Of a DNA stretch of 64,000 bases, positions 9,499-19,791 are shown one piece after another. The notes beneath the pieces were generated by a model. The model was not told where the DNA came from. It saw only the letters and a list, made by a program, of their open reading frames with translations, and ran no database searches. How positions within the stretch are numbered: the first letter of the stretch is position 1; each line of letters opens with the position of its first letter. The stretch comes from a virus: positions 1 through 64,000 of IMG/VR virus record IMGVR_UViG_3300037961_005106, one strand, 5' to 3'. Made by a program: the position numbers and the translations under genes.

Positions 9499-10476
9499 CT
9501 AAGCAACATTTGTATAGGTAGCAAATATTGCAGGAAATTTATCATCCATTGAGTGGTCTCGTTGCCATGCTTCTTTCCATTGTGTTAGTGAATGTTCGTG
9601 AGTGGTATCAATCCAATTTTCTGTTGCATCTAATAAAACACGACCAATTGCAATGTCCCCTGGATCAGGACCAATCAACCAAGACAAAGGGTTACCATCT
9701 GTATTAGCATAATCAACTTGCACTACACCATTAGGATCGACAATTGTACATAAATCTTCTGTAAAACCATTTAAAGTACTTAAAGTAATTCCTGATGTAA
9801 CAGTATTAGGTACAAATTCAACAACAGCAGAATTAAGATCGTTCTCTGTAATTAGATAAGTAATTTCTGAAGTGTCTTCACAAAGGAAAAATAATTCATC
9901 TTGTGGTGTTTGAAATTCAACAACAAGACCTACACCGTATTGAAAAGCTTCATTTCGTTCTGCTGAAACACAAATAAGATAATTACCAGCACCCAAAGGG
10001 AAGTATCGATCATCCCCTTCATCAGCCCGTGTTGCACTAGATGTATTGTATAAATCACTCTGGGCAGCCATAACTTGGCCGGTATAGCTATTACTAAATG
10101 AAGTATGAAAGCCATCACGACTAGCTGAAACTAAAGCTGAATCCGCTTGAAAAATATTCCTTCCTTGTATGGGATTTTTATTTTGATCATAAACACTAAT
10201 AGAATAACGAGTCGTAAGAGGAGACTTCCTAGTAGATAAAGTTGAATTACCTGTTGTTAAAGCAGAAGATGCTTTAAACAAAATAATCCATGCTTCTGAA
10301 GCAAGTGTTACTTGAAACCAATGGTTATATGTTTCTCGACCATAACCTCCTGTAATAATTTCATTCTTAGCACCAAGGCTTCCTTTTAGCATCCGTAAAG
10401 ATGTAGTACTAAAAGTCCCTAGATTTAAGGGGTTGTTTTGTGAACGTTCTCTTTGAGGTATGTTTGTATTGGCCAT
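9499..10476 (-). CDS. Hypothetical protein, possibly virion-associated beta-rich protein
   Basis: 325-aa ORF; NPLNLG...NHWFQV...LGAGNYLICVS resembles PPC-like beta domains. Confidence 0.5.
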   Translation of the reverse strand: MANTNIPQRERSQNNPLNLGTFSTTSLRMLKGSLGAKNEIITGGYGRETYNHWFQVTLASEAWIILFKASSALTTGNSTLSTRKSPLTTRYSISVYDQNKNPIQGRNIFQADSALVSASRDGFHTSFSNSYTGQVMAAQSDLYNTSSATRADEGDDRYFPLGAGNYLICVSAERNEAFQYGVGLVVEFQTPQDELFFLCEDTSEITYLITENDLNSAVVEFVPNTVTSGITLSTLNGFTEDLCTIVDPNGVVQVDYANTDGNPLSWLIGPDPGDIAIGRVLLDATENWIDTTHEHSLTQWKEAWQRDHSMDDKFPAIFATYTNVA

Positions 10477-10491
10477 CCACCCATGCAGGCT

Positions 10492-11271
10492 TTATTCTCC
10501 ATTGTACTTCTGGGAAATGTCTACATCTTGAGGATTTAAAATAGTAGGACGATAAGACATTGCAATTAAGTCTTCAATAGGAAGATTATGCCGATGACGC
10601 TTTGCCATGAGTAATAATTTCTTTGGGTTTAATTCAAGATCTAAATAATGAAAGTCTTTTAATACATCTGCTCGATTCCAGCTGGAGCACATATGCAATG
10701 GATTACCACACCATTTATTACGACACCGCCGACTCACTCGCATACTACCAACATCACCCCAGGTAAATGTATAAATTGCTTTATGGATACTGACACGATC
10801 AGTGCGGCGATCCATTTGACCAGTGCGATAAGAAGGAAAATTAATTCTTTTTGGTGTTTTATATTCCCTGTAAAGATCATCTTCTAAATGAATGGGCCAA
10901 CACTCTGTTGGTTTTTTAATTTCTACAAGACTTAAAACTTCTCTTGCATCTTGTTGGTAAATGTTATGTAAGTAATTAATGTCTAAACCACAGATGTTCC
11001 CCTGGATGCGGCGCACACAGTGGTAACACCAATGCTCTTGTTTATCTCTAATTTGATGCCCCAAAGGACAAGAGAAACCTCTGTAATAACCCAAAGCCTC
11101 CAGGGTCTCGTCCTCTTCATCAGGAAGGTACCTAAAATTCAGGCCATCCAGGATGCTTTTAGCTCTGTATTTGCGGTTGGTGAGGGTGTTTGCCATGGTT
11201 AGGGCGGACTTTGGTGTCTCAGGGCGGACTTTGTTTTCGATGTAAATCGACTGCGGCGCAGTGGATCTCAC
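10492..11271 (-). CDS. Zn-binding HNH/His-Cys-type nuclease-like protein
   Basis: CPLGH..R...WCYHC, ECWP, and HKAIY...G.V....V.RRCRNKWCGNPLH motifs. True start may lie downstream (~11196). Confidence 0.55.
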   Translation of the reverse strand: MRSTAPQSIYIENKVRPETPKSALTMANTLTNRKYRAKSILDGLNFRYLPDEEDETLEALGYYRGFSCPLGHQIRDKQEHWCYHCVRRIQGNICGLDINYLHNIYQQDAREVLSLVEIKKPTECWPIHLEDDLYREYKTPKRINFPSYRTGQMDRRTDRVSIHKAIYTFTWGDVGSMRVSRRCRNKWCGNPLHMCSSWNRADVLKDFHYLDLELNPKKLLLMAKRHRHNLPIEDLIAMSYRPTILNPQDVDISQKYNGE

Positions 11272-11317
11272 GTGAGTCTTATCATTCTCACCCCCTATTT
11301 ACTCTTATTATAGTAAA

Positions 11318-11421
11318 AACGACCTTTTTGGGCGACAGTTTTGGGCGACAGTTTTGGGCGACAACTTTAAAGCCCATTCACCCCAAAGTGTCACCCATTA
11401 ATGTACCCCAAAAAGGTCGTT
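11318..11421. repeat. Origin-like iteron/inverted-repeat array
   Basis: Three 13-bp direct repeats TTTTGGGCGACAG (11326-11363), oppositely oriented degenerate copies (11377-11413), bounded by a perfect 15-bp inverted repeat (11318-11332 / 11407-11421). Confidence 0.75.
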
Positions 11422-11573
11422 ACACTAAGACTAAGAGGTTTAGGGGGGTCGAGATCCGCCCTAATAGCTGGAACCCCTTTTCTCGCAATGGATTACAGCA
11501 GGGCTGAGATTGAAATGAGACAATCAAACTCCGCCCACCCAAAAAAATTGGGACCCAAAAGGCCCCAAAAAGT

Positions 11574-12824
11574 TCACGCTGTTACCGGAGTTTTCTTTCG
11601 CCGCTTGGGTTTACGTACAACAGGCTTATCCACCTCCACAGGATCCTTTAACGTTTCCTCAAACACCTCGTTGAACTGTTCTGCGATGGTGTCCCATTGG
11701 TATTTGGGATCTGTAGCACGTTCATAACAAGCTTGACCAACGTCACTTAACTTTTGACGGTCTTCGTATAGCTCAACCAAGATTTCAGTCAAGTGCTCAG
11801 CGCTAGGCACTGGCATGTCTCGGTTGTAGTTCATGTCTACATCAATGAAGCAGTTGTCAATCAGAGGTGCTGCTCCCTCGAAGATCTCCTTACAAGACGT
11901 GTGATTAGGCACCACCTGAGCCACACCACAGGAAGCATGCTCATGGTTAACTAGACCATGACCTTCTCCTTTGCAGGTGTTTACACCAACATCACAGGCG
12001 TTATAGATGATATTGAGTAAGCCAACGTCAACAGAAGGAGGCTGAGCAGTATCAGTGGTCATGATGATACGTCCATTAGGATCAAGCCCACGCTTTCTCA
12101 TCTCACGACCAAAGAGATTCATGACATCCCAACCTTGGTCTTTTTTACCCATATGCAAGTAGAGCTTGGTATCAGGACGCCCAATAGCAAACTCAGCAAA
12201 AGCATCAATGGTAATGTCGATCCGTTTGCGAGCCTGGTTCCGATTGCCATTAAAAACAATAAAACCTTCTTCTGCCAGATTTAATTTCTTACGACACTCA
12301 ACCGTATCCATAGGGAAGAACTGACCGTCCGTAACACCATGTGGGATAACAGTAACAGGCTTCGCAATCCCAGCCGAATGAAATTCGTGAGCACCGAATT
12401 CTGTGTAAACAACAATGCCATCCCAACTATTAGCGTAATCAGTTAAGCAACCAGTCCAGCCATAGCTGTCCATTGGCATATAAGCAACAAACTTAAACTT
12501 GCCAGCATCGTGATAGTCCTTGATTTTGCTATAGATCTGGTTAACAATCCATGCATCATTGTTAACGAAAATCAAATCAGGCTGTTCTTTCTCAGCTACT
12601 TCACGAATGCGCTGCACACCAAACGGTTCTGTTTGGAAACGGTTAGATGAAGGATACATTTTGAATTCTGATTGGAATTCATTAGCATCACCCCACCAGT
12701 TATTACCTAAGATGACAATCTCATAGCGATCTTTAAGCCTGGTAATCAGGTTCTCAGTTACCCGTGCAAAACCAGTGCGGGCAACGATGTCACCCGACCA
12801 TAAGATCTTAGGTTTTTTAGACAT
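11574..12824 (-). CDS. Glycosyltransferase, GT-B fold (GT4-like)
   Basis: TGFARV, IPHGV, NRNQARKRID, and YNACDVGVNTCKGEGHGLVNHEHASCG motifs. Confidence 0.85.
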   Translation of the reverse strand: MSKKPKILWSGDIVARTGFARVTENLITRLKDRYEIVILGNNWWGDANEFQSEFKMYPSSNRFQTEPFGVQRIREVAEKEQPDLIFVNNDAWIVNQIYSKIKDYHDAGKFKFVAYMPMDSYGWTGCLTDYANSWDGIVVYTEFGAHEFHSAGIAKPVTVIPHGVTDGQFFPMDTVECRKKLNLAEEGFIVFNGNRNQARKRIDITIDAFAEFAIGRPDTKLYLHMGKKDQGWDVMNLFGREMRKRGLDPNGRIIMTTDTAQPPSVDVGLLNIIYNACDVGVNTCKGEGHGLVNHEHASCGVAQVVPNHTSCKEIFEGAAPLIDNCFIDVDMNYNRDMPVPSAEHLTEILVELYEDRQKLSDVGQACYERATDPKYQWDTIAEQFNEVFEETLKDPVEVDKPVVRKPKRRKKTPVTA

Positions 12825-12855
12825 TAGATCAATAAAACTGACCTAACTATAACAA

Positions 12856-15468
12856 TTATTCTGGTTTATTTGGTAAGTGTTGTTTATACCCAACGTCAAT
12901 TTGCCCATAAAAATCTTTATACCGATCAGGATTTTCCCCTAGATCAATCAAAGAAGGGTAACTTTCAAAACGTTGATTGCCACTACGAATAGCAATATTA
13001 AAGATGCGTAATCCTTTTGTATTGCGTTTGGCGTACACATTAAGGTGTAGTTGATGATTGAAGATGTCCATCAACAATGACTCGAAACGAGAGCGAGACA
13101 TGATGTTGTTATTGGAATTCATACAGAACTCGCAATAGCTGGCGTACAACCATTCACTTGTTTTGGCATAATGCGTAGAGCTTCCTTGAGGAGCAAATTT
13201 CTTAAAACCAATTTGAGCTGAGGTATTTAATTCAAATACCAAGCAATGATGCATCCAATCTTTAACAGGATTGGACTTAAGTTGCTGATCAATAGTGTAA
13301 TCAGCGAAGAACTCCACATTTTTATTTGTCTCCATCAGGTATTCACGCATCTGATCATGGGACATATCAAGCAACCAGTTCACCAAACCAGGGAGCAATG
13401 GAGCGAACTCACCGAAAGCATTACCTTGATCATCCATGTCGATCAAAGTTTTTTGTTGTTTTGCTGTGCCTCTAAACGGATTGTTAAAAGGAATTGTTAA
13501 GCGACGACGTGCCAATCCAGAAGTTGGATCAGTTGTCTGAATAGGTTCGTTAGCAGTGATCATGCAAAGACCATCAAATTTAAATGGTTTCTGCTTACCA
13601 ACCTGGTATTTATGCTCATTACGCAGGAGGTCACGACCAGTCAAAGCTTTCAAAATAGAAACACTTCCGCCATAACGTTCAACGTCATTGAACAAAAGTA
13701 GTTTCTTTTTATACAGGTTTGCCGTTTCAAATCTATTTTTCTCAAGGTGTTCCAAGGTTGAGATCGTGGTGTTTTCGTCCCCCACTAGTGCATTACATAA
13801 GTTGGCATAGGTAGATTTACCTGATTTACCAGGACCCACAATCTCGACAAACTTTTGGATATCAGATGCTCCCATTAAGACAGCACGTAACCAAGCACGA
13901 AGAACTTGCACTCGTCCCCAGTCTCCATCTTGTGTGAACTTCAACCATTTAATAATTGCCTCACAATCTGCTGTCGGATTGTAGTCATAAGGGAGCAGTT
14001 GAATTAAGTAATACTCCCTTTGGAAAGGCATCAAAGCAAGACTACCTGCATCTAAGACACCATTTTTAAATAGTAAAAGATTTTTATTTTCATTCCATTC
14101 ATCGAAAGAAAGCTGCATCTTCAACATGGAATACATGTCGTTGATCAGCCGAGGACCAAAACCCCGTGGCAAATGCTCTTCTTTAATCAGATCAAGTTTA
14201 TTGTAAATATCTGCCTTTGCCTCTAGTTCATTTAAAGGTGACCAAAGACCAGGAGATTTGATCCCATACATAAAGAATTCATCATGCCCTTGAGAAAACA
14301 AAAAGTTTCCCTGGTACATACCCATGAGAATACTGATGAGAAAATCATCAGATTTATTTCGTTTTGCCTTCTTGTCTTCTTTTGTTTCTTGAATTGGTGT
14401 GTTGAGTTGTCGTTTACGTGATGGAGCCTTAGGCGTAAAAGATGATTGCATTGCTTGCTTTTCAAATTGTTCTAATTGTTGAACGGCAAATTCAAGAAGA
14501 GTATCGTCAACATTCAATCCTTTATAGGCTTGATCAGGAGTCCAACCGTTTTCTTTTGCCAGATGGAAGAGAGAACCAATCCCTCGACCACCGGCTTTTG
14601 AAAACGACAACCAACGACGATGGCATTCACCTTCTTTGTATTTACTAGATTGTTTAGACCAGTCATCCCAAGGATCTAGAAGTGTATCATCAACAGAATG
14701 TAAAGATTGTCCGATCGTAATCCAGATATCGTAGTCATCAGCAGCCTCTGGAGGCATTGCCCACATTGCTTCAACTGCTTCTTGAATCGTACGTTCGATT
14801 GAAATAAAAGAATTGATAGCAAAATTTGGCCCAAAAACACGGGTCGTTTCTTCTTGAGGAGCCCCTTGTTTTTTGTTCTTAGCTTTGATTTCAGAAAGGA
14901 TCCAAGCTGGCAGCTCGGTAATCTGGTTAACAAACGTAAAATCTTCTTGCTCTTTTGTGTAATAACCTTCAGTGTCTGGGTGCGAACCCATCAAAACACC
15001 TTGATGACGCTTCCAAAGTATTTCAAGTTTTTCGCGATTACCCTCTGCATGCCAGCAATATTTATTGCGGATGAAATGATCCCATGTGTCTTTGGATACT
15101 TTGTAGAGTTTACGCTCACGACCTTCACGACCAGAACAGATTGTCAGAGTTGCAGGCAGTGCTTCATTTACAGGGCACCCGGCTAGCTCCTCAATTTTTT
15201 TATAAACGGTAGGACCATCAATATCAACCCAAACAAAACCGTAAGGTTCGTTATAAACCGGACCACCTAATAGGCCAACAGCTTTGCAAAGACCTTCTTC
15301 GATTTCATGAGCAATGTCATTGACTGTAAATGGTTTGTTTTGCCAGCCTGTTTTGTATGGGTTTTTATTTTCTCCTAAAGGGGTCAACGGCCAGTCAACA
15401 GGTATTAAGGAAAGATTAATTTCGCCGGGCTTAAGCGCATTGAAATTTTGATTTGACATCAGGCTCAT
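12856..15468 (-). CDS. Primase-helicase: prim-pol domain + PriCT-2 + D5/P4-type SF3 helicase
   Basis: WPLTPL..KNP and VWVDIDG (prim-pol); DDYDIWITIGQSLH...WDDWS (PriCT-2); Walker A GPGKSGKST; ITANE..., LARRRLTIPF. Confidence 0.9.
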   Translation of the reverse strand: MSLMSNQNFNALKPGEINLSLIPVDWPLTPLGENKNPYKTGWQNKPFTVNDIAHEIEEGLCKAVGLLGGPVYNEPYGFVWVDIDGPTVYKKIEELAGCPVNEALPATLTICSGREGRERKLYKVSKDTWDHFIRNKYCWHAEGNREKLEILWKRHQGVLMGSHPDTEGYYTKEQEDFTFVNQITELPAWILSEIKAKNKKQGAPQEETTRVFGPNFAINSFISIERTIQEAVEAMWAMPPEAADDYDIWITIGQSLHSVDDTLLDPWDDWSKQSSKYKEGECHRRWLSFSKAGGRGIGSLFHLAKENGWTPDQAYKGLNVDDTLLEFAVQQLEQFEKQAMQSSFTPKAPSRKRQLNTPIQETKEDKKAKRNKSDDFLISILMGMYQGNFLFSQGHDEFFMYGIKSPGLWSPLNELEAKADIYNKLDLIKEEHLPRGFGPRLINDMYSMLKMQLSFDEWNENKNLLLFKNGVLDAGSLALMPFQREYYLIQLLPYDYNPTADCEAIIKWLKFTQDGDWGRVQVLRAWLRAVLMGASDIQKFVEIVGPGKSGKSTYANLCNALVGDENTTISTLEHLEKNRFETANLYKKKLLLFNDVERYGGSVSILKALTGRDLLRNEHKYQVGKQKPFKFDGLCMITANEPIQTTDPTSGLARRRLTIPFNNPFRGTAKQQKTLIDMDDQGNAFGEFAPLLPGLVNWLLDMSHDQMREYLMETNKNVEFFADYTIDQQLKSNPVKDWMHHCLVFELNTSAQIGFKKFAPQGSSTHYAKTSEWLYASYCEFCMNSNNNIMSRSRFESLLMDIFNHQLHLNVYAKRNTKGLRIFNIAIRSGNQRFESYPSLIDLGENPDRYKDFYGQIDVGYKQHLPNKPE

Positions 15469-15638
15469 TGTTCGATCTTTACTCTAAAACTTTTTGAAGA
15501 ATTTGTTGTAGTTTTTGCTATTTCATAAGCATGTAGATGTGCTTCAGTAGGCAGCAGAAAGCAGTCACCATCACTAGCCGAAGCCATGGTGTGAAGGATA
15601 TGAGCAATCCACTGGCCCATTTGGATCTTGTGGACCAT
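15465..15638 (-). CDS. Hypothetical 57-aa protein coupled to primase
   Basis: Manual translation MVHKIQMGQW...; ATGA overlap with the primase start. Confidence 0.55.
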   Translation of the reverse strand: MVHKIQMGQWIAHILHTMASASDGDCFLLPTEAHLHAYEIAKTTTNSSKSFRVKIEQ

Positions 15639-15736
15639 GAGATAGATTGTTTTTGTGTTTCCTTATCTTAGTTGAATGAAATCCAAAAAGACCTGTAAAT
15701 ATTTTGTCTTAAAATAAGGATAAAGAATGACAAGTT

Positions 15737-17029
15737 ATGGCTTACAATCCCAATCCTCCCTTTAATCCTTCTGATTATGGCAATAGGCCAGGGGGTATTG
15801 ATTATGACAAAATGAAAGAAAGTTTACAAGATGTAAGAGATCAAATTGCTAGTCTTAATACACCAATTAGAGATACAGGTGCAGCATTAGAAGGACGTTT
15901 GCACGGTCAACCTACTTATGGAGAGGGAGTACCTGGCTATCAGTCAAGAGTGAAAGATAAAAGTGAATATGCAGCTAAAGGAAACTATAGTTTGCCAGAC
16001 TATGCACAAAAAGCATTAGATGAAAATACTGCTTATGTGGATATGTATAGACAAAGTCTCGCCGGAGTAGGCGACGATGACAGTAGTGGAGGTTCCCCTG
16101 GAGGTGGAAATAACGAAGGCAACCAAGATGACAAAGGAGGCAAAGGCGGTAAAGGCGGTAAAGATGGTTTGAAATTACCTGACTTAGATGAAACTGGTGA
16201 AGTTCCTTCTTTTAATACACCAAAACGTTTTTTAGAGGGAAAAAGCGGAGGGAAGGATACGCCTGACTTTAATAAGAAACCTAGTTTTGATGGAAGAAGT
16301 TTTGACGAATTTTTAAAATTAGCCAAAGGAGAAGGAGGGCATTATGGAAAAGATGGGCAAACAGTAAATGAACTTATGGGTGCAAGTAATAACCCAGAAT
16401 TAACTAAGCTATATAGCAAACTAAAAGATAAAGGCATGTCAGAAGATGACATGTTTAAAGCAGCTCAATATGCTGGCTTAACCAATATTAGAACTGGTAA
16501 AGAAGGAAAGAGTGATTATAAACAAATGGTTAAAGCTTTTGAAAATGATTTTTATCAAAATCAAAAATCAGGAGGAGGAGATAGACCCGGAGCAAGTAAG
16601 AAAAATATGTATCAGTGGTATTTAGATGAAGGAGGAGAAGACAAAGGTATGAACAAAATGTTAAGGCGTTCAGGTGTTAAAGATTTTGATTCAGGTAAAG
16701 ATGGAGCAACATTTGCTACTTATTTAACTGAACAATTAAATCGTAATGCTACAGCTCCAAACATTGGGATGGATAAAGCAAGAGAAGCCTTTGGTAAAGG
16801 GTTTGGCAAAAAGGATTATAAAGCTGCTCTGGACTATGAAGGGCAAGATAAAAAATATATTAAAAAGTATTTAAAAGATTATGCAGAACGAGGAGGAAAA
16901 GTCTCGAACAAAGTACAAGCTTTATTCCCCAAAGCATTTCCAAATAGCCCATCAAACCTAAGCAATCTCTTTGGGGTAAGCCTGGGAGATTTTGGGAACC
17001 AAAGCAACATGGGACCTTTTGCCCCTTAA
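15737..17029 (+). CDS. Gly/Lys/Asp-rich hypothetical protein
   Basis: 430-aa ORF preceded by a TAAAAT -10-like element. Confidence 0.7.
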   Translation: MAYNPNPPFNPSDYGNRPGGIDYDKMKESLQDVRDQIASLNTPIRDTGAALEGRLHGQPTYGEGVPGYQSRVKDKSEYAAKGNYSLPDYAQKALDENTAYVDMYRQSLAGVGDDDSSGGSPGGGNNEGNQDDKGGKGGKGGKDGLKLPDLDETGEVPSFNTPKRFLEGKSGGKDTPDFNKKPSFDGRSFDEFLKLAKGEGGHYGKDGQTVNELMGASNNPELTKLYSKLKDKGMSEDDMFKAAQYAGLTNIRTGKEGKSDYKQMVKAFENDFYQNQKSGGGDRPGASKKNMYQWYLDEGGEDKGMNKMLRRSGVKDFDSGKDGATFATYLTEQLNRNATAPNIGMDKAREAFGKGFGKKDYKAALDYEGQDKKYIKKYLKDYAERGGKVSNKVQALFPKAFPNSPSNLSNLFGVSLGDFGNQSNMGPFAP

Positions 17030-17032
17030 GAA

Positions 17033-17881
17033 TTAAATATTATCAATGTCGTAAACAATACAGTTGTCGATCTGGTTGTAGTATTCAGCTACAACCTTTA
17101 ACCATTTCTGTTGGCAGCTATCAAGATGACGACGCGAGATTTTAAACAATTGCGTGTCTTCGGGTGTCGAGACAATGATAGCGGCTTGCTGTACTTTCAT
17201 ATTAAGTGTCTGCTCGATTCCGAGAGCATAAGCTCCGAGTTGAAGACAGCACTTTTGGAATTTCATATAACCACCGAGTCTGGCCCTCCATTCGGGGGAA
17301 CCCTTTTCTAATTCTTTAGGCCACCAACGACAGTAAGGTTTCACACTAGTCTTAAGATCAGCAAGCGTTAGTTTGTTGCCAGCAACTCCAATGATGTCAG
17401 GGCTACCAACCCATGGTCTCTCTTCCTCGTCCCGCCCCCACACACGCCCAATACCATCTTCGGATAAAGCGAACTGGTGGTCATCCCTCAAGGGTGTTTC
17501 TGCCCAAAGGACTTCTTGAAATTGTCCGAGAATCTCAGGCATACCAGTCCAAAATTCTTGATACTCCTGAGGAACGTCAACGTCTTCTTTCTTCAGGAAC
17601 ATCTCCATACAGCTATGTATCGCAGTACCACGTTCTGCTGCAGCTTCTTTCACGCCAGGGTTCTGTTTTGCCCACATCTCTAACTTCTTCTTATTGGCTT
17701 CAGACGCTGTCTCAGAAATAATTGTAGTAACAGAAGCGGCTGGGCCTGTTTGAAATGGGGTTTCGTAATGACGTTTACCGTTAATTGAAACCCTAGCTGG
17801 CTTTGAATTTAAATCAAGAAAAGTTTCTGGATCTTCGTTGAATAGTTCGTAGACAGTTGCAGATTTATCCGTATCAACCAC
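17033..17881 (-). CDS. PD-(D/E)XK exonuclease (Cas4/RecB-like phage nuclease)
   Basis: SVTTII...RGTAIH...E...GSPD...LADLKTS...QLGAYA motifs. Confidence 0.85.
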   Translation of the reverse strand: MVDTDKSATVYELFNEDPETFLDLNSKPARVSINGKRHYETPFQTGPAASVTTIISETASEANKKKLEMWAKQNPGVKEAAAERGTAIHSCMEMFLKKEDVDVPQEYQEFWTGMPEILGQFQEVLWAETPLRDDHQFALSEDGIGRVWGRDEEERPWVGSPDIIGVAGNKLTLADLKTSVKPYCRWWPKELEKGSPEWRARLGGYMKFQKCCLQLGAYALGIEQTLNMKVQQAAIIVSTPEDTQLFKISRRHLDSCQQKWLKVVAEYYNQIDNCIVYDIDNI

Positions 17882-17912
17882 GGTAAGTTGTGTATATTAA
17901 TTTAATTGTAGC

Positions 17913-18647
17913 TTGAAAATCATGGAGTGCTTGGATCTTATTGCTGTGCCAGTTATGGTTCAGGGTGAGAAATTAGTACGTCATTTCAAGACCATTGATG
18001 TTCCTACAAAGCGCTATTACGTCCTAGATAATTCAATGGGACTAGATCCGTCCGTAGATGAAGCCATCGATTGGATTTGTGATAACAAGCCAGAACACAT
18101 TAAAGAAATCGTTGTCGTTAGTAACAATCAAAACTCTGGGTACCCTGGTGCGGTGAACCAAATCATACGTGACAATACTGATTGTGACCACTGGATTGTC
18201 ACAGGCTTTGATTGGTGGGTAGCTAAAAACCAATATAAAACCCTACTAGAGGTGGATTTTAAAGAGGGGGTATTTTTAGGAGTAGGTATTGACGACATGT
18301 GCGGGTTTATTTTTACGCCAGCCCTTATTGAGAAAGTCGGACTGCTTGATGAGAATTTCTTTCCTGGTTACTTTGAAGACAATGATTACAAACGTCGGAT
18401 TCAGTTAGCTAAAGCCGACGTCATACACCTGCCTTTATTCAATACACACGACAGATCGAGCACTTTAAATAGCTCAAGCAAATTCAAAAAGAAAAATCAA
18501 TATACATTTCAAGAAAATTATATGTATTATGTAAACAAATGGGGCGGAAAACCCGGCCAAGAAAAGTATGAAACTCCCTTCAACAAAGGATTACCCATCA
18601 ACTACTGGGCGTTCAATCCCGCACGTCGAGAAAAACTCCGTTGGTGA
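17913..18647 (+). CDS. Glycosyltransferase family 2-like protein
   Basis: VLDNS, NSGYPGAVNQ, and VGLLDENFFPGYFEDNDY motifs. Confidence 0.8.
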   Translation: MKIMECLDLIAVPVMVQGEKLVRHFKTIDVPTKRYYVLDNSMGLDPSVDEAIDWICDNKPEHIKEIVVVSNNQNSGYPGAVNQIIRDNTDCDHWIVTGFDWWVAKNQYKTLLEVDFKEGVFLGVGIDDMCGFIFTPALIEKVGLLDENFFPGYFEDNDYKRRIQLAKADVIHLPLFNTHDRSSTLNSSSKFKKKNQYTFQENYMYYVNKWGGKPGQEKYETPFNKGLPINYWAFNPARREKLRW

Positions 18648-18648
18648 A

Positions 18649-19791
18649 ATGATTTTATTAAACTTAGGTGTTCAACCTTTGGTTAATAACCTTTGTAAAT
18701 CAAAAGAAGCTGCGCTTAACGCCAAACAATATCAGCTTTGCGCCACAATTGATGATGATCTTTTGGTCAAACTAGATACAACAGTACCTAGTGATGAACT
18801 ATACAAAGATTATTTGTATCACTCTGGCGTAAGCATGCCTTATACCTATCATTGCCGGGAACTGTGGCATGATATTAAACACCTACGACATCAGACCATT
18901 ATTGACATCGGTGGCAATGACGGTACGTTGCTTAGTGCTTTTCAGTCACAAACAAAAGAAAAATTAAATTTATATAATGTAGACGCTAGCGCTTCGTTTA
19001 AAAAAGAAAACGAAACAAAGGGTATTACTTACGTCAACGATTACTTTAATAAGGATACAGACGTACCTAAAGCAGACCTTATTACATCAACAAATGTTTT
19101 TCAGCACACTCCCAATGCTGAAAAGTTTGTTGAAGGCATTGCTGAAAAGCTTGACGGCACCTGGATTCTTGAGTTTCCTTATACATTACGTACGATTCAA
19201 ACACTTCAGTTTGATCAGTTCTACCACGAACATTATTACTACTGGATGGTCAAACCTCTAAAAAAATTATTATCCCAATTTGGTCTTAATATCTATCATG
19301 CAGAAGAAGTAGATATCCATGGGGGATCAATGCGTTTATGGATTACTAACAAAGAATTTTATGCTGATACAGAAGCAGCAGAAAAATTTATTGCACAAGA
19401 AGAAGCCTACGATTATAAATCTTTTTACAGCCAGTCCTATCGAAAAATTATTGATGACAGTGTTTTCTTAAACAAACTAGAAGGCAAGACAGTTTTCTTT
19501 GGGGCAGCAGCAAAAGGTTGTGTCTATTTGAATGCACTGCAAAAGACAGCAGAGAATGGTGAGTATGTTGTTGACGACACACCAGAGAAGCAAGGTAAAT
19601 TTGTACCTGGTACTGGCATGAAAATCCATAGCCGTACGTTCATGCTGGAAGATGAGCCAGATAATGTTGTGATTTTGGCACACAATTTTGCCGGTTACAT
19701 TACAACAAAGTTACGCCACGATGGATATAAAGGTAAGATCATTACAATGATGCCGGACATTTACATCGACGAAGTACAGGATCACCAATGA
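18649..19791 (+). CDS. NDP-sugar C-methyltransferase family protein
   Basis: LGVQPLVN, YLYHSG, IDIGGNDGTLL, FDQFYHEHYYY, IHGGSMR, FGAAAKG, DDTPEKQGKFVPG. ATG at 18649. Confidence 0.85.
   Translation: MILLNLGVQPLVNNLCKSKEAALNAKQYQLCATIDDDLLVKLDTTVPSDELYKDYLYHSGVSMPYTYHCRELWHDIKHLRHQTIIDIGGNDGTLLSAFQSQTKEKLNLYNVDASASFKKENETKGITYVNDYFNKDTDVPKADLITSTNVFQHTPNAEKFVEGIAEKLDGTWILEFPYTLRTIQTLQFDQFYHEHYYYWMVKPLKKLLSQFGLNIYHAEEVDIHGGSMRLWITNKEFYADTEAAEKFIAQEEAYDYKSFYSQSYRKIIDDSVFLNKLEGKTVFFGAAAKGCVYLNALQKTAENGEYVVDDTPEKQGKFVPGTGMKIHSRTFMLEDEPDNVVILAHNFAGYITTKLRHDGYKGKIITMMPDIYIDEVQDHQ

Noticed and set aside
11190-11727. + strand ORFs 11190-11507 and 11401-11727
   Set aside because: They span the repeat array and the antisense of the GT4 gene; no protein-like features.
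17033-17881. CRISPR-associated Cas4
   Set aside because: Lacks the four-Cys Fe-S pattern and cas context; ordinary phage PD-(D/E)XK nuclease.
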